The notes below the pieces were generated by a model, which was given only the letters and a program-made list of their open reading frames with translations, did no database searches and was not told the origin of the DNA. A DNA stretch of 64,000 nt. Origin: Leucoraja erinacea. Lineage: Eukaryota. The position numbers and the translations under genes were made by a program. The DNA lies in assembly GCF_028641065.1 (NCBI RefSeq), contig NC_073378.1, forward strand, positions 62,558,001 through 62,622,000. Direction: 5' to 3'. Of this stretch, positions 23,931 to 36,522 are shown piece by piece (the stretch's first letter is position 1; every line of letters begins with the position of its first letter).

Positions 23931-25794
23931 TGGGATGAGCAGGTTCTGATGCAATTTTACACCATAATGGGAGAATAATCTCTTTAAAATGGTTCTGGGA
24001 AAATAAATATTTTGCCCTATTTTGGGAATTAATTTTATTCAGTTGACTGGGTTTATATGAAATGTGTCAGTAGTAATATGTTGTTCCAAAATTCTGTCTT
24101 TGTACTTAATGCCTTACTGGATTCCTCTGTCACTATCTTGGCACATCAAGCTACAATGTGATTCATGTTTAGAAGTTAATTGATATACAGTAAACCTAAT
24201 AAAAGTTTATGTGCTGCTGTACCGTTATTGGACATTTTCTGGGTGTATCAATAAAACGTTTGCATATTTCACATCCTTTTCAAATGAACAAAGTTAAACT
24301 GTGGCCACGACTGGCCTTGTGAAATTTTGATCAGGGTAAAGCCACATATTTAAGTCATTTTGTTCCGTTTTGTTGATGAATGCAAGTATTGTTTTATGGG
24401 ATCATATCAGAAGCTCCACAGTGAGTCTTTTCTGACTGCCTTTCCTATCTTAATCAGTCACCAACTAAGTCAGTACCATTGGATCTATCAAATCATTGCT
24501 CCATAACTTTGGTGGGAAATGCAAGTATCACTAAACTAAAAGTAGATGCTGGATTTTATGTCACCTGGTGTAACTGAGAAGATAATATAGCTACGTAATT
24601 TATCAGAACTAACATCCAAAAAGTTAAGTAAAATGTGTACATTATTGTGTGACAGTGATTTCTTAGACAAGTATCTTATGGTTTCTTTGATTTGAGATTA
24701 TTAAGGACAAGCATCAAATATTCTGCTCTTTCTTCAATACAAGTGCTGTATTGAAAATCTATAGCCTTCCTTGGGGTTGTTATTTCTTTGCTCACAAAGA
24801 AGTCCCTTTACTGCAATTTCTCTTGCCTATATAACAGATTGTTACCTAGAAGCTGCAGAAAATATTTATAAGATGGCCATGCCCTTGGGATGTGTATCTA
24901 ATTATCTCCCATTAAAGATGCATTGTAAATCATATCTCTTTTGACAGCTAGTTCTCAAGGTGTAATAATCGGAAATAAGGCCAGGAATACTGGAAATGCT
25001 CAGCAAGACAAACCATCTGGCTGCCTTGCAGGTGAATTATTATACTGTGGCCAGTTAGTGGTTCAACTGCAGGACATGCAATTTGAAAGGTCGATGGGGC
25101 CGAATTGTGTGTCAGAAGATAAGATTTTTGTGGAATTAGGAAATGTTAGAAAACAAGCATGGGTTTAACTTGCTGGGACGGAGGCGGGGTGGAATGAATA
25201 ACAGGAATAACTGATATAGGACGGAGACCAAGTGCAGCTGATGTTTGAATTCTGGAATGTACTGATTGAGTGGGTGGTAAAAACAGAGATTCTCATGGCA
25301 ATTTCAAAGTATCTAGATGAGCACTTGAATTGTCAATATGTAGAAGGCAATGAATTAAGTCCTGGCAAATAGGATTAGTATAGATGTGTACTTGATGGTC
25401 AACATGGTTAAAGGTATTCTCCAACTAAAGTAGCGCAGTGATGCTGCCAGGAGGACCCATTTTTTTAATCCTGAAATCCAGACATTTCCTGTGGGTACTG
25501 CCCTGGATGTCCTGTCACTGCCCAAATACATGTAGCTCGTAGGTCAGATGGTCAATGTTGTAACACAATGTAAGAGTTGTACCAAAGCTTATTTTGATCA
25601 GTTATGTGTCCATTTTATATGGTTAGAAGCACATTGGAAGGGTAGCCTCAATAGAGATGTAAAATTCATAGTGGGATCTGATTTAAATTATGCAACTGTG
25701 GGTTATGGATTGACTGTCCGATCTATATAGGCTTTACTCCAACGAGCTTCCAAAACTCCCCAATTATATTGCTACTCTTTCACTGCTTTTTGTA

Positions 25795-26145
25795 TATTGA
25801 ATTGAATTGAATAAATGTTATTAGCCAAATATGTATACATACAAGGAATTTGCCTTGGTGCTTTGCTTGCAAGTAACAACACGATATACAGTTAACAATT
25901 AAAAATAAAACATTATAATTTAAACATATGAAGAATAAAATAAAATACCAGAGCACAAAGAGGCTAGACTTTTGGCTGTTGAGTAGAGCTACTGCTCGTG
26001 GAAAAAAGCTGTTTTTACGTCTGGCTGTGGCAGCTTTGACGGTCCGGAGTCGCCTTCCAGAGGGAAGTGCTTCAAAGTGTTTGTGGCCCAGGTGAGAGAT
26101 GATCTTACCCGCTCGCTTCCTGGCCCTTTCAGTGTACAAATCTTT
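25795..26145 (-). mobile_element. Rex1-like LINE 3' end
   Basis: RARKRAGKII..H.GHKHFEALPSGRRLR..KA.T.R.KNSFFPRAV.LLN; (TTCAA)n tail. Confidence 0.8.
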
Positions 26146-26699
26146 GATTTTTTTTCTTGCATGTTGTAAAACAATATTCAAGTGCCAGTCTACAACTTGT
26201 AGATCAAATTCTGCTGAGGTCATGTCTTATCATCATAAGGACAATTTAGGAAATTAACCTTCCAGAGAGAAACAGCATTTCAACCCAAAGATCATCCTGA
26301 AATTTTCAGAAATTTAAGAATAATTCCTGTGATATTGTCTGTAAGGACAATATGGTTCTTTCATTCTTGTATTTACCAGATGTAACATTAGTTTAGGATG
26401 AAGGGTAAAAGGTTGAAAGAGGAAATCTGTAGATGCTGGAAACCAAAAACAAAACTGGAAATATTCAGCAGGTCAGGCCCCATGTCTGCGGGAAGAAAAT
26501 CAGTCAATATTTTGGTCAAAGATCATTCGTTAGAATAGAGGCCAGACAATTGCAAATTGTTAGTGATGTCAGAGGGTGTTGGGGGTTGTGGGGAGAAGGC
26601 AGGAGAATGGGGTCAGGGGTCAGGAGTGAGAGATAGAGCCATCAGCTCTAGTCCTTACGTGGAGCTCAGAGAAGCAGCAAGCAGAAGCAGAGAGAAGAG

Positions 26700-29600
26700 A
26701 CAATTGGCTTGAAAATCCATGAGAAACAAGGTGAGTAACGGGGAAAGAGTTTAAAAAGAGCGGCAAGCCCCAGGTGTAGGTAATTTACTAATTAGCCCTA
26801 AAGTAATTAATTGGGTAAGAGAATAAAAACTAGATGCAGCTGTAGCAGAGCGGCCTTGTTGGGAGTGGCCTGGCTGAGGGGAAGTGCCTTGGTGAGTATA
26901 GTGTGTGTTTGGCTCCAGAGTCTTTGGCGAGGAGACTGAGGCAAGGAGGCTACACGATTCGAAATCTGTCTTTTTTTTTTTGTCCGTTGAAGAAATGGCA
27001 GGTAAGTTGGTGCAGTGTGCTTTCTGCAGGATGTGGGAAGTCGGGAACACTGCTGGTACTTCTGGAAACCACACCTGTGGAAATTGTGGCCAGGTGCAGC
27101 TCCTGAATGAACGTGTTGGGGAACTGGAGCAGCAGTTGGATGACAGGGCCATCCGGGTAAACGCGAATTTCCTGGACACGACCTACAGTGAGATTGTCAC
27201 ACCAAGGATATCGGAACAGAGAAGGCGGCTGACTGTGGGAAAAGAGGAGTAAACGTGGAGTGCAGGAGACCCTGGTGGCTGTACCTACTGAAAACAGGTA
27301 CACCCCCTCGGAAGCGGATGACACAACAATATTGAGTGGTAACCAGGGCTGTGATTCCAACCCCGGTGCTGAGGCTCAATGGGGAAGAGTGACGTCAGGC
27401 AGAGCCGTAGTGGTGGGAGGCTCCATTGTCAGAGGTGCGGATAGGAGATTCCGCTGCAACAGGTGTGACTCCAGGATGGTGTGTTGCCTCCCTGGTGCCT
27501 GGGTCCAGGACATCTCGGAGCGGCTGCACGGCATCCTCAAGAGTGAGGGGGAGCAGCTGGAGGTTGTTGTGCATGTTGGTGCGAATGATATGGATGGGAA
27601 GAGGTAGGAGGTTCTGCAACACGAGTTTAGGGAAATGGGTAGAAGACTGAAAAGCAGGACCAGCAGGGTAGTGATCTCAGGATTGCTTCCAGTACCTCGT
27701 GCTAGTGAAGGTAATAAGAAGATAGAGGATATGAATGTATGGCTGAGGAGTTGGTGCACGGGCAGTGATTTGAATTTCTGGATCATTGGAATCTCTTCCG
27801 GTGACTTGTATGAAAGGGATGGGTTGCACCTAAACTACAGAGGGACCAACATCCTAGCGGGAAGGTTTGCTAATGCTACACGGGAGGGTTTAAACTAGAT
27901 TAGCAGGGGGGTTGGATCTCATGCAGGATAGAGGCACAAGAGAGGCTAGAAGTTGGTATGGAAGGTGGTGTGGGTTAGGTTAATAGACAGAATATGCAAA
28001 TGGCCGGAGAGCGAGGAAGGAGGGTTGGTTTAAACGGCACGTATTTTAATGCAAGGGGCCTGATGGGTGAGGCAGATGAGCTTAGGGCATGGATAGGTAC
28101 GAGTGACTGGGACGTTAGAGCCATGACTGAAACCTGGTTAAGGGAGGGGCAGGACTGGCAGCTCAATGTTGCGGGTTACAGGAGCTTCAGGAGAGACTGG
28201 TGAGAAAAAAGAGGAAGGGGAGTTGCAGTGTTTGTTAAGGAGGATGTCACAGCTGTGTTCAGCAGTGACATTACGAATGGAATGGTTCATCTAGTGAGAT
28301 TATATGGGTGGAGCTGAGGACCAAGAAAGTGATGATCACTTTGTTGGGGGTGTACTACAGAACCCTAAATAGTCAATGGGAATTAGAAGAACAAATATGC
28401 TAGGAGATTGCAGACACCTGCAGGTCATTTCAACTTTCCCAATATAGACTGGGAAAATCATAGCGTGGTTTAGATGGGGTGCAATTCCTCAAAAGTGTTC
28501 AGTAGAACTTTCTTAAACAGTATGTGGAGGCCCCCACACGTGAGAGGGCAACATTGGATCCGGTATTGGGAAGGGTAAGTTAATGAAGTGTGTGTGGAGG
28601 AGCCTTTTGGGACAAGTGACCACAGTCGATTAGGTTTAAGATAGTTATGGATCGGGACGGAGAGGGTCCATGTGTTAAAATGCTCAACTTGTCTCAGGCT
28701 AACTTTGAGGGTATGAGAGAAGGTCTCGCTCAAGTTGACTGGAGCAGGTTATTTGAAGGAATAGGAACATCGGCCAAGTGGGATGATTTTAAAATTGTAC
28801 TGAAGGGAGCTGTACGTCCCCGTTAGAGTGAAGGGTAAAGCAGGCAAACGTAAGGAAGCTTGGTTAGCGAGGGAAATTGAGACAGTCAAAAACAAGAAGG
28901 ATGCATGGGTCAGGTATAGGCAGCTAGGATCAAGTGCATCCTTAGAGGAGTTTCGGGGTCTAAGGAGCAAACTAAAAAGGAGATGAGAAGGGTAAAAATG
29001 GGCCAAATAGCTCTGGCTGGGAAGCATAAAAGACAATCCCAAAAGATTTTATAAATACATAAGGGGGAAAAGGGTAACTAGAGAGAGAGAGAGAGAATGG
29101 GACATCTCAGGAATAAAAGTGGTCACCTCTGTGGAGCCACAGGAGATGGGCAAGGTCCTCAATGAGTAGTTCTCCTCAGTATTTACCGAGGAGAAAGACA
29201 GTAGGATGGAGGAAATTGGAGTAGTCACTGGAAGTGTCATGAGAGCAGTCAGGGTTACCGTCGATGTACTGAAGGTACTGACATGTTTGAAGGTAGACAA
29301 ATCAGGGCCTGATCAGATATATCCAAGGACATTGCAGGAAACTAGAGGGGAAATTGCGGGAGCCCTGGTTGAAGTTAGGAGATCTTATAGAGGTATACAA
29401 AATCATGAGAGGAATAGGTCGGGCAGAGTAGAGGACCAGAGGACACAGGTTCAAGGTGAAGGGGAACAGATTTAATAGGAATCAGAGGGGTAACTTTTTC
29501 ACACAGAGGATGGTGGGGGTAAGGAACAAGCTTCTAGAGGAGGGAGTTGAGCCTGGGACTATCCCATCATTTATGAAATAGTTGGACAGGTACATGGATA

Positions 29601-29730
29601 GGACAGGTCTGGAGGATTATGAACCAGGCGCAGGCAAGTGTGACTCGGGTAGCTGGAACATTGTTGGCCGGTGTGGGCGAGTTGGGCCAAAGGGCCTGTT
29701 TCCACACTGTATCACTCTATGACTATGATT
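26700..29730 (+). mobile_element. Near full-length CR1 LINE: ORF1 (zinc finger/leucine zipper + SGNH esterase), ORF2 endonuclease, RT core deleted
   Basis: CAFCRMW...CGNC..VQLLNERVGELEQQL; VVVGGSIVRG...CLPGA...VVHVGANDM...VVISGLLP...RDGLHLN..G; YFNARGL...AMTETWL; after GPDQIYPRTL it jumps to GDLIEVYKI; CTATGACTATGA tail. Confidence 0.9.
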
Positions 29731-29799
29731 GAATGGTGGAGTAGATTTGATGGGCCGGCCCACCTAATTTTGCTCTGATTACTTAAGACCTTATGAAAT

Positions 29800-29985
29800 A
29801 CAAGGAACAACAGATGCTGGAATCTTGAGTAAAACACAAAGTGCTGGAGTAACTCAGTGAATCAGGCAGTATCTGTGGAGGGGAAGGATAGGGGCCGAAA
29901 GGGTCCTGACCTGAAACGTCACTTGTCCATTCCCTCCACTGCTGCTGCCTGACCCACTGAGTTGCAACAGCACTTTGTGTTTTGT
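29800..29985. mobile_element. Palindromic Penelope-derived short element
   Basis: Inverted arms acacaaagtgctg...cagcactttgtgt with GGGTCCTGACCTGAAACGTCACT core. Confidence 0.65.
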
Positions 29986-31084
29986 TCAATTGGAAATAGT
30001 TGGTAGGATGAAAATTACTATAACTAAATGTTTTACACCTGTATATTACCATCCTCTCTTGTAGATTGGTTACAGTGGTCATAAAAAATAATGGTATTAC
30101 TAATAATTATCGTTGTTTTTCTATTAGTCAAACTGCTCATGAGCTTTCGGACTAAGTATTCAAAATGATGCATCTGCTAAATGTTAAGGAATTAATTATT
30201 GCTAATTGGTTTTGTGACAATAGTAAACAAAAATGGTGATTTCCCCAGAAATGGGAAATAATTTTGCTGAATTCTTGAGAAGTGGATGCAAATGTTCTCT
30301 TTGTAGATACTGACCAATATACCAGATTTCGATTTTTAATTTGCTCTCAATTCAGCTGCCAAACACATGGACTTAAATATTTTGATCTTGGTTGTTCGCT
30401 AATTCATTTGAAAGGAGAGACTATAGTTAAGGCTATGGGCCTCACAATTCATCAAAGAGAACATCTTCAAGGTTTCAAGGTCAGTTTGTTGTCACACGTA
30501 CTAGTTAAGGTACAGTGAAATTTGAGTTATCAAAACCACAAATAGTTCACATCACTTGTAAAGTTGTACAAGAGTCAGAAATATAAGAGTATGACTATAG
30601 CTTAATATGAAATCAAGTGAGTCTAGTTTCTGCTATGGTTTTAGATGTATTATATGTTAGCAGCAACTGAGGTAAGAACAGAAGACTGATGGGAGAAACC
30701 TGCAACTTTCACACAGTAATGAATTTGCTGATGTAAAATGGAAATTCAAACCAAGCTTTGGGCTGTGTTACTCACTGGTTTGTATGAAGAAGCATGGTTT
30801 AATTAAGATAAGCCAGTTGTCCAAGGGCTGATGACATGGAGGTCTCCAGTGAGCACACTATATGCATATGATTATTTTCTAGTTGATTTTCTTTAAGCTA
30901 ATTTTCCAAAAAGGAATGTTCCATGAGTTTATGATCTAAGGAATTTTTACAGCTGACTAAAAAAAGCCTTAGGCCCATTCTATGATATTGAATTTGTTCA
31001 TAAATTGTTAGCTTGGTGAACATGATATGATTTTTTTTATTCTTAGGAAATTAACTTCATCACAAAACCTACTTTTTTTTTTTT

Positions 31085-31378
31085 AAGTTTAGAGATACAG
31101 CGTGGAAACAGGCCCTTCGGCCCACTGAGTCCGCACCGACCAGCGATCCTTGCACATTAACACTATCCTACACACACTGGGGACAATTTACACTTATACC
31201 AAGCCATTTAACCTACAAACCTGTACGCCTTTGTGGTGTGGGAATAAACCAAAGCTCTCGGAGAAAACCCATGTGGTCACGGGGAGAACGTAGAAACTCT
31301 GTACTCAGGAGCTCCCGTAGTCAGGATCGAACCCAGGTGCCGCAAGTGCTATAAGGCAGCAACTCTACCGCTGCGCTG
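31085..31378 (-). mobile_element. V-SINE (HE1-like)
   Basis: Reverse complement of the 23603 and 33258 family. Confidence 0.87.
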
Positions 31379-32187
31379 CCTGTAGATTACAGCAGGGAAG
31401 ATCAAGCCAAATGTTAGGATTTATTGCTCCAGCATCATTCAATGTTAGGGCCACTGCCAAATATTCGAAAATGAGTGGTTGATGAGATGCTAGGTGGGAA
31501 AGCACTGCCAGATTTTTTTATTGGTAAGTTTCTTCTCCAAGTAGTTCAATATTTTAACTGACATCCGAAGAGACATCTACGCACAATTCAAATTACCTGC
31601 ATTTCTGGGTGTGATCATATCTGTGTGTTCATGAGATATAAATAGATGTTTGTATAGAGAGAAAGAGAGAGAGTGATTGAATGAGTGACTGCGTGAGTAT
31701 TGGAGAGAGTGTTGGACTGGCTCACTTCCAAAGGTACTAATACAATGTTACATTGATACTTCCTCAATAAAGATGTAGGTGCCTGAGCTAAACATGCTTT
31801 GACTGTGGAGATGATGACCACAGAAGGTGCACTGTTTTATTTGTGCTCCTTGTTGCCTCGCATGCCTACAGCATGCATTATCTGTACTGTTCCTACAAGG
31901 AGCATATATCAGCAATGAATCCAACATTGTAAGTGTCTGGCGCCACTCAAAGCTACCCTGCCCCTCTAAAAAAAGAAAGTTGGCTGTGCAGTGTGTCCAA
32001 AGGAGAAAATGACAGGGAGATCAGGCTCCAGTATTTTCCGATGGTGTGCTGCATGCAAAATTGAATAGACGTCCTGCATTCATTTGGGCCGAACCATCTC
32101 CAGGGCAAACGCCATGGAGACAGGGAGAAGTCACCTTGGTGAGGAGCTTCAAAAGGTTTATGACCACAAGCAGTTAAGGTCAGTGAC

Positions 32188-33180
32188 AAAATTTTCAAAT
32201 GCCAGATTTAATCGTGGATGCCTAACATCATTGCATCACTCAATTGAGTGATTTCTAAGAATTATGTCTCAGACCTAAAATCTACAATGCTATGCTGCAT
32301 CCTCACAAATTACACTACAGCAATTGGTGGCAACCTTGGATTTAATTGGAGAGGCAATGAGTGAACACAGCAATTAATATAGTACATCAAAGCTGGGAGG
32401 GAGATTTCCCTCAGCTCATCATACATGATACATGCATGCATATTCCCACTTCAAACCTGTGCACTGACGAACACTCTTTAACTGTGAAAGAAATGATACC
32501 AGAAATGATACCACTGAATTGATTCAAGAAATGACATATTGCTCAAGAAATCAAAGAAACTCAGAAAACCTGTGAAAAGTCACAGCTGTAAATACAGTGT
32601 ACAAATGAATCACCTTTTATTAAAAAGTGTTTACATTTATGAATGTTAATACTTTACATTATGTTAATACTGGTTAACTGTTATTCCCTCTAATTATGTG
32701 CCACTGTTTCCTACAAGAGAGAAAATGCATCAGTGAGTGTCAGGCAATGCATTTGATGTGTTGACGGTTGAATTTCTGGCACAGTGTGCAAGACACATGT
32801 GGTGCTATTTGTAGTGTTATTTGTGAGGATGCAGCACAGCATTGTACATATTGGATCTGTCCTGATTCCTAGATTTTATTGACGCAATAAAATGCAATGA
32901 TGCAATGATGTTAGGCATCTACTTGTTTAAATCTGGCATTCAAAAATTTTCCTAAAACATGTGCAACTGATTTATTCAGTACACTGCATCTGTGCATACA
33001 TCTTACATGTCATAAATTTAAACACTATATTGGGTTCCTTTTTTTTTTTTAAAGGAGATTCATTTGTACACTGTATTTACAGCTGTAACTTTTCACAGGT
33101 TTTCTGAGTTTTGATTTTTATGAGCAATATGCCATTCCTTGAATCAATTCAGTCGTGACTGATGTCATTTCTTTCACAGT
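32188..33180. repeat. Interlocking inverted repeats (three arm pairs)
   Basis: 32188-32238/32898-32950; 32283-32319/32810-32846; 32481-32619/33050-33180. Confidence 0.8.
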
Positions 33181-33257
33181 ATCCACTGGGTCAACTTCCC
33201 TCTCTCTTCAATTCTACTAAACCCGCAACTTTCCTCCCGCTTTTCCTCCCTATTTGT

Positions 33258-33488
33258 GGCGGCCCGGTGGTGCAGCGGTAGAGTTTCTGCCTTACTGCGC
33301 TTTCAGCGCCCGAGTTCGATCCCGACTATGGCTGCTGTCTGTACGGAGTTTGTACGTTCTCCCCGTTACCTCGTGGGCTTTCTCCGAGATCTTCGGTTTC
33401 CTCCCATGCTCCAAAGACGTACAGGTTTGTACGTTAATTGGCTTGGGTTTGTATACTTGGTATAAGTATAAAATAAATATCGTCCCTA

Positions 33489-33531
<43 letters not shown>

Positions 33532-33616
33532 CGTGTTAATGTGCGGGGATCGCTGGTCGGTATGGACCCGAAGTGCCTGTTTCTGTGCAGTATCTCTAAA
33601 CTAAGCTAAACTAAAC
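33258..33616 (+). mobile_element. V-SINE (HE1-like) with internal (GT)n microsatellite at ~33490-33527
   Basis: tRNA head GGTGCAGCGG...GAGTTCGATCCC, V-domain, (CTAAA)n tail. Confidence 0.88.
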
Positions 33617-34062
33617 TCTTACACTCACTGGACTCTCTCTCTTTTTCTCCAGAGCTGATCATGACAAAACTACCAGGGTTTAGAGCTGAAGTCTGTTCCC
33701 CATAGTCATGGCCATTAGTGGGCCAGGGTCAGATTGCCTTCATTCATCAATATTGAACAATGAAATCCGATGAGGCAGTGGCAGTCAGCAAGGCCCAGAA
33801 GTAGATGTGTGGCAATAAAAACTGGTGTCTTGTTTGGTCTTGGGGAGCCCGGCAGAATCCAGGGTTCGGCAGCTGGTTCAGTGGAAACTGATGTGTGGGC
33901 CACTTGTTCCCAGCTGCATGTAGCTCTGGAGTATTTTTTGGAAAAAATTCTGGCAATTATTTTCCTGGCACTAAATTAAGGTTTAAAAAAAAAACCCATG
34001 TTGATATGCAACTGTGTGAATTGTGACTGTCCTAAACATTGACGTATCACCTCACTATGACA

Positions 34063-34670
34063 CCATATAACCATAACCATATAACCATATAACAATTACA
34101 GCACGGAAACAGGCCATCTCGACCCTTCTAGTCCGTGCCGAACACATAATCTCCCCTAGTCCCATATACCTGCGCTCAGACCATAACCCTCCATTCCCTT
34201 CCCATCCATATAACTATCCAATTTATTTTTAAATGATAAAAACGAACCTGCCTCCAGCACCTTCACTGGAAGCTCATTCCACACAGCTACCACTCTCTGA
34301 GTAAAGAAGTTCCCCCTCATGTTACCCCTAAACTTCAGTCCCTTAATTCTCATGTCATGTCCCCTTGTTTGAATCTTCCCTACTCTCAGTGGGAAAAGCT
34401 TTTCCACGTCAACTCTGTCTATTCCTCTCATCATTTTAAAAACCTCTATCAAGTCCCCCCTTAACCTTCTGCGTTCCAAAGAATAAAGCCCTAACTTGTT
34501 CAACCTTTCTCTGTAACTTAGTTGCTGAAACCCAGGCAACATTCTAGTAAATCTCCTCTGTACTCTCTCTATTTTGTTGACATCCTTCCTATAATTAGGC
34601 GACCAAAACTGTACACCATACTCCAGATTTGGCCTCACCAATGCCTTGTACAATTTTAACATTACATCCC
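34063..34670 (-). mobile_element. Young CR1-like LINE 3' fragment
   Basis: Open ORF 34156-34662; (GGTTATAT)n tail; near identical to the 8190 and 40970 copies. Confidence 0.92.
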
Positions 34671-34744
34671 ATCATCCCTTGTAAACAATTATTTTCAAAT
34701 AAATAGCTGCAGCTGAAATATGGTATAGCCATTAGAGTTCTTGG

Positions 34745-35240
34745 AGTATTGCAGGCAGTTGTGTCACCCCAATACAGTAAGGATGTGGAGGCTTTGGAAT
34801 GGGTGTAGATGTGGTTTAAAAAAAAAATGATGCCTGGATTAGTGGGTGGGGTTGGGAGAGGCTGGGCTGACTCGGTTTACTATCTCTGACAGTGGAGGTT
34901 GAGGGGAGACCTGATAGAAGGATATAAAATGATGAGAGGCATATATAAGTGGACAGTCAGAGCCTTTTTCCCCAGGATGGAAATATCTAATACTAAATGA
35001 GTTGTGTGGGGCAAGGTTTTTTTACACAGAGTATTGAGCTCCTGGAATGCGGTGTAGTTTGGTGATAGGGACAGATATGATAATAACCACGATAATGGTC
35101 TGAGCCTTTTGGACAGGCACACGGACATGCAGGGAACAGAAGGACATCGATTATGTTCAGGCAGATAAGAGTTGGTCTTGGCATCATGTTTGGCACAGAC
35201 ATTGTGGACCGAAGGCTCTGTCCTGCGGTGTGTTCTAGCT
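34745..35240 (+). mobile_element. Old CR1-like LINE 3' fragment
   Basis: RLRGDLIE.YKMMRGI-like codons and CR1 tail. Confidence 0.65.
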
Positions 35241-36522
35241 GTGGATAATCTTCGTCATAATTTATTGTTTTTGAATAATCCATTAGACCTGAAGCCTTTA
35301 CAATAACCTTTACCCCGTTGGAGCTATTCACTATGATCTTTGCCAGCGGATTTCAAAGATTACACCTACTACTGGTGTGTTAAAGAATCACTTGGCAATA
35401 TATCAAAATATTGCTTGTATATCATAGAGAGCATGTATACAAGAGTTCATTACTTAAATAATTTTAAATGTTCTGAATTAATTTTAAGAGCCATGAAATT
35501 TTCTGTACTTGTGTAGGAAGTGGCAATTCTGTGACTGGCAACTGTTGAGTGTTATCACACAGTCTTTTTGTCAGTTGAGATGTTTAATGCAAATCAATTG
35601 AACGAAGGACATTATTAAACGAGTAACTGGGGAGAACATTTCAAAATAGGATGCGTTATATCATATCGATGAAATTTGGAACCGAATGCCCACATATCAC
35701 CTTCTGACATAGAGTTTGATTCACCAAGAGACCTCCAAAACTTCTTACATTTCTTTGTTATTCGAGTTACCACACAAACATGATTCTGACTCTTCAGTAA
35801 TACTTTAGTTTTTGGAGGTAACACATTATCTCTATAACACTTTAATATAGTTTTTGGCCTTGGGGAAAATTGCCTTTTGGTATTCAAACAACCAAACATT
35901 TGTTCAGCAGCTGTAATTTTGATCCTGCCCTTTAACCATGCATGAATTCTATAGAGAAGCTGCCAGGTAGTCTTAATTGCCCTATCTCTGTAGTCTTTTA
36001 AGATGTTCTGTCAAACTAGCTGGTTGGCCAGGTTTTTAGGCACCTTTCCTAATTTCTCAACATGTGGCTTTGATACGAGTGCAGAGTGTGTTAGGATGTT
36101 TTACAAGGTTGAATGAGCAAGTTACTGTTATTGATTGAAGGTAAGAGGCAGATCTAGAGATCATTGTTTGGGAAATGCACATGCCAACTTGGCCTTGAGT
36201 TACTGTATTGGCAAAGTAATACTGCATGCATAGCTCTCACGAGCCAGAGTTTACAGAGTAGACAGATTGTGATGTCAATCAGTTGCAGCACTGCCAAAAC
36301 TTGGATAGGTACAAAATATTTAATGGCATGTATTCAACTCGACTAAACCTCAATGTCCTGCACATCTCCATTAAACGTTTCCCCTTTCACCTTATAGCTA
36401 TGCCCTCTGGTCAGGGAGTCATAGAGTGTGGAAACAGGCCTTTGGCTCAACCTGCCCACACCAGCCAACATGTGCTATCTACACAAACCCCAGCTGCCTG
36501 CATTTGGCCCATATCCCGCTAA

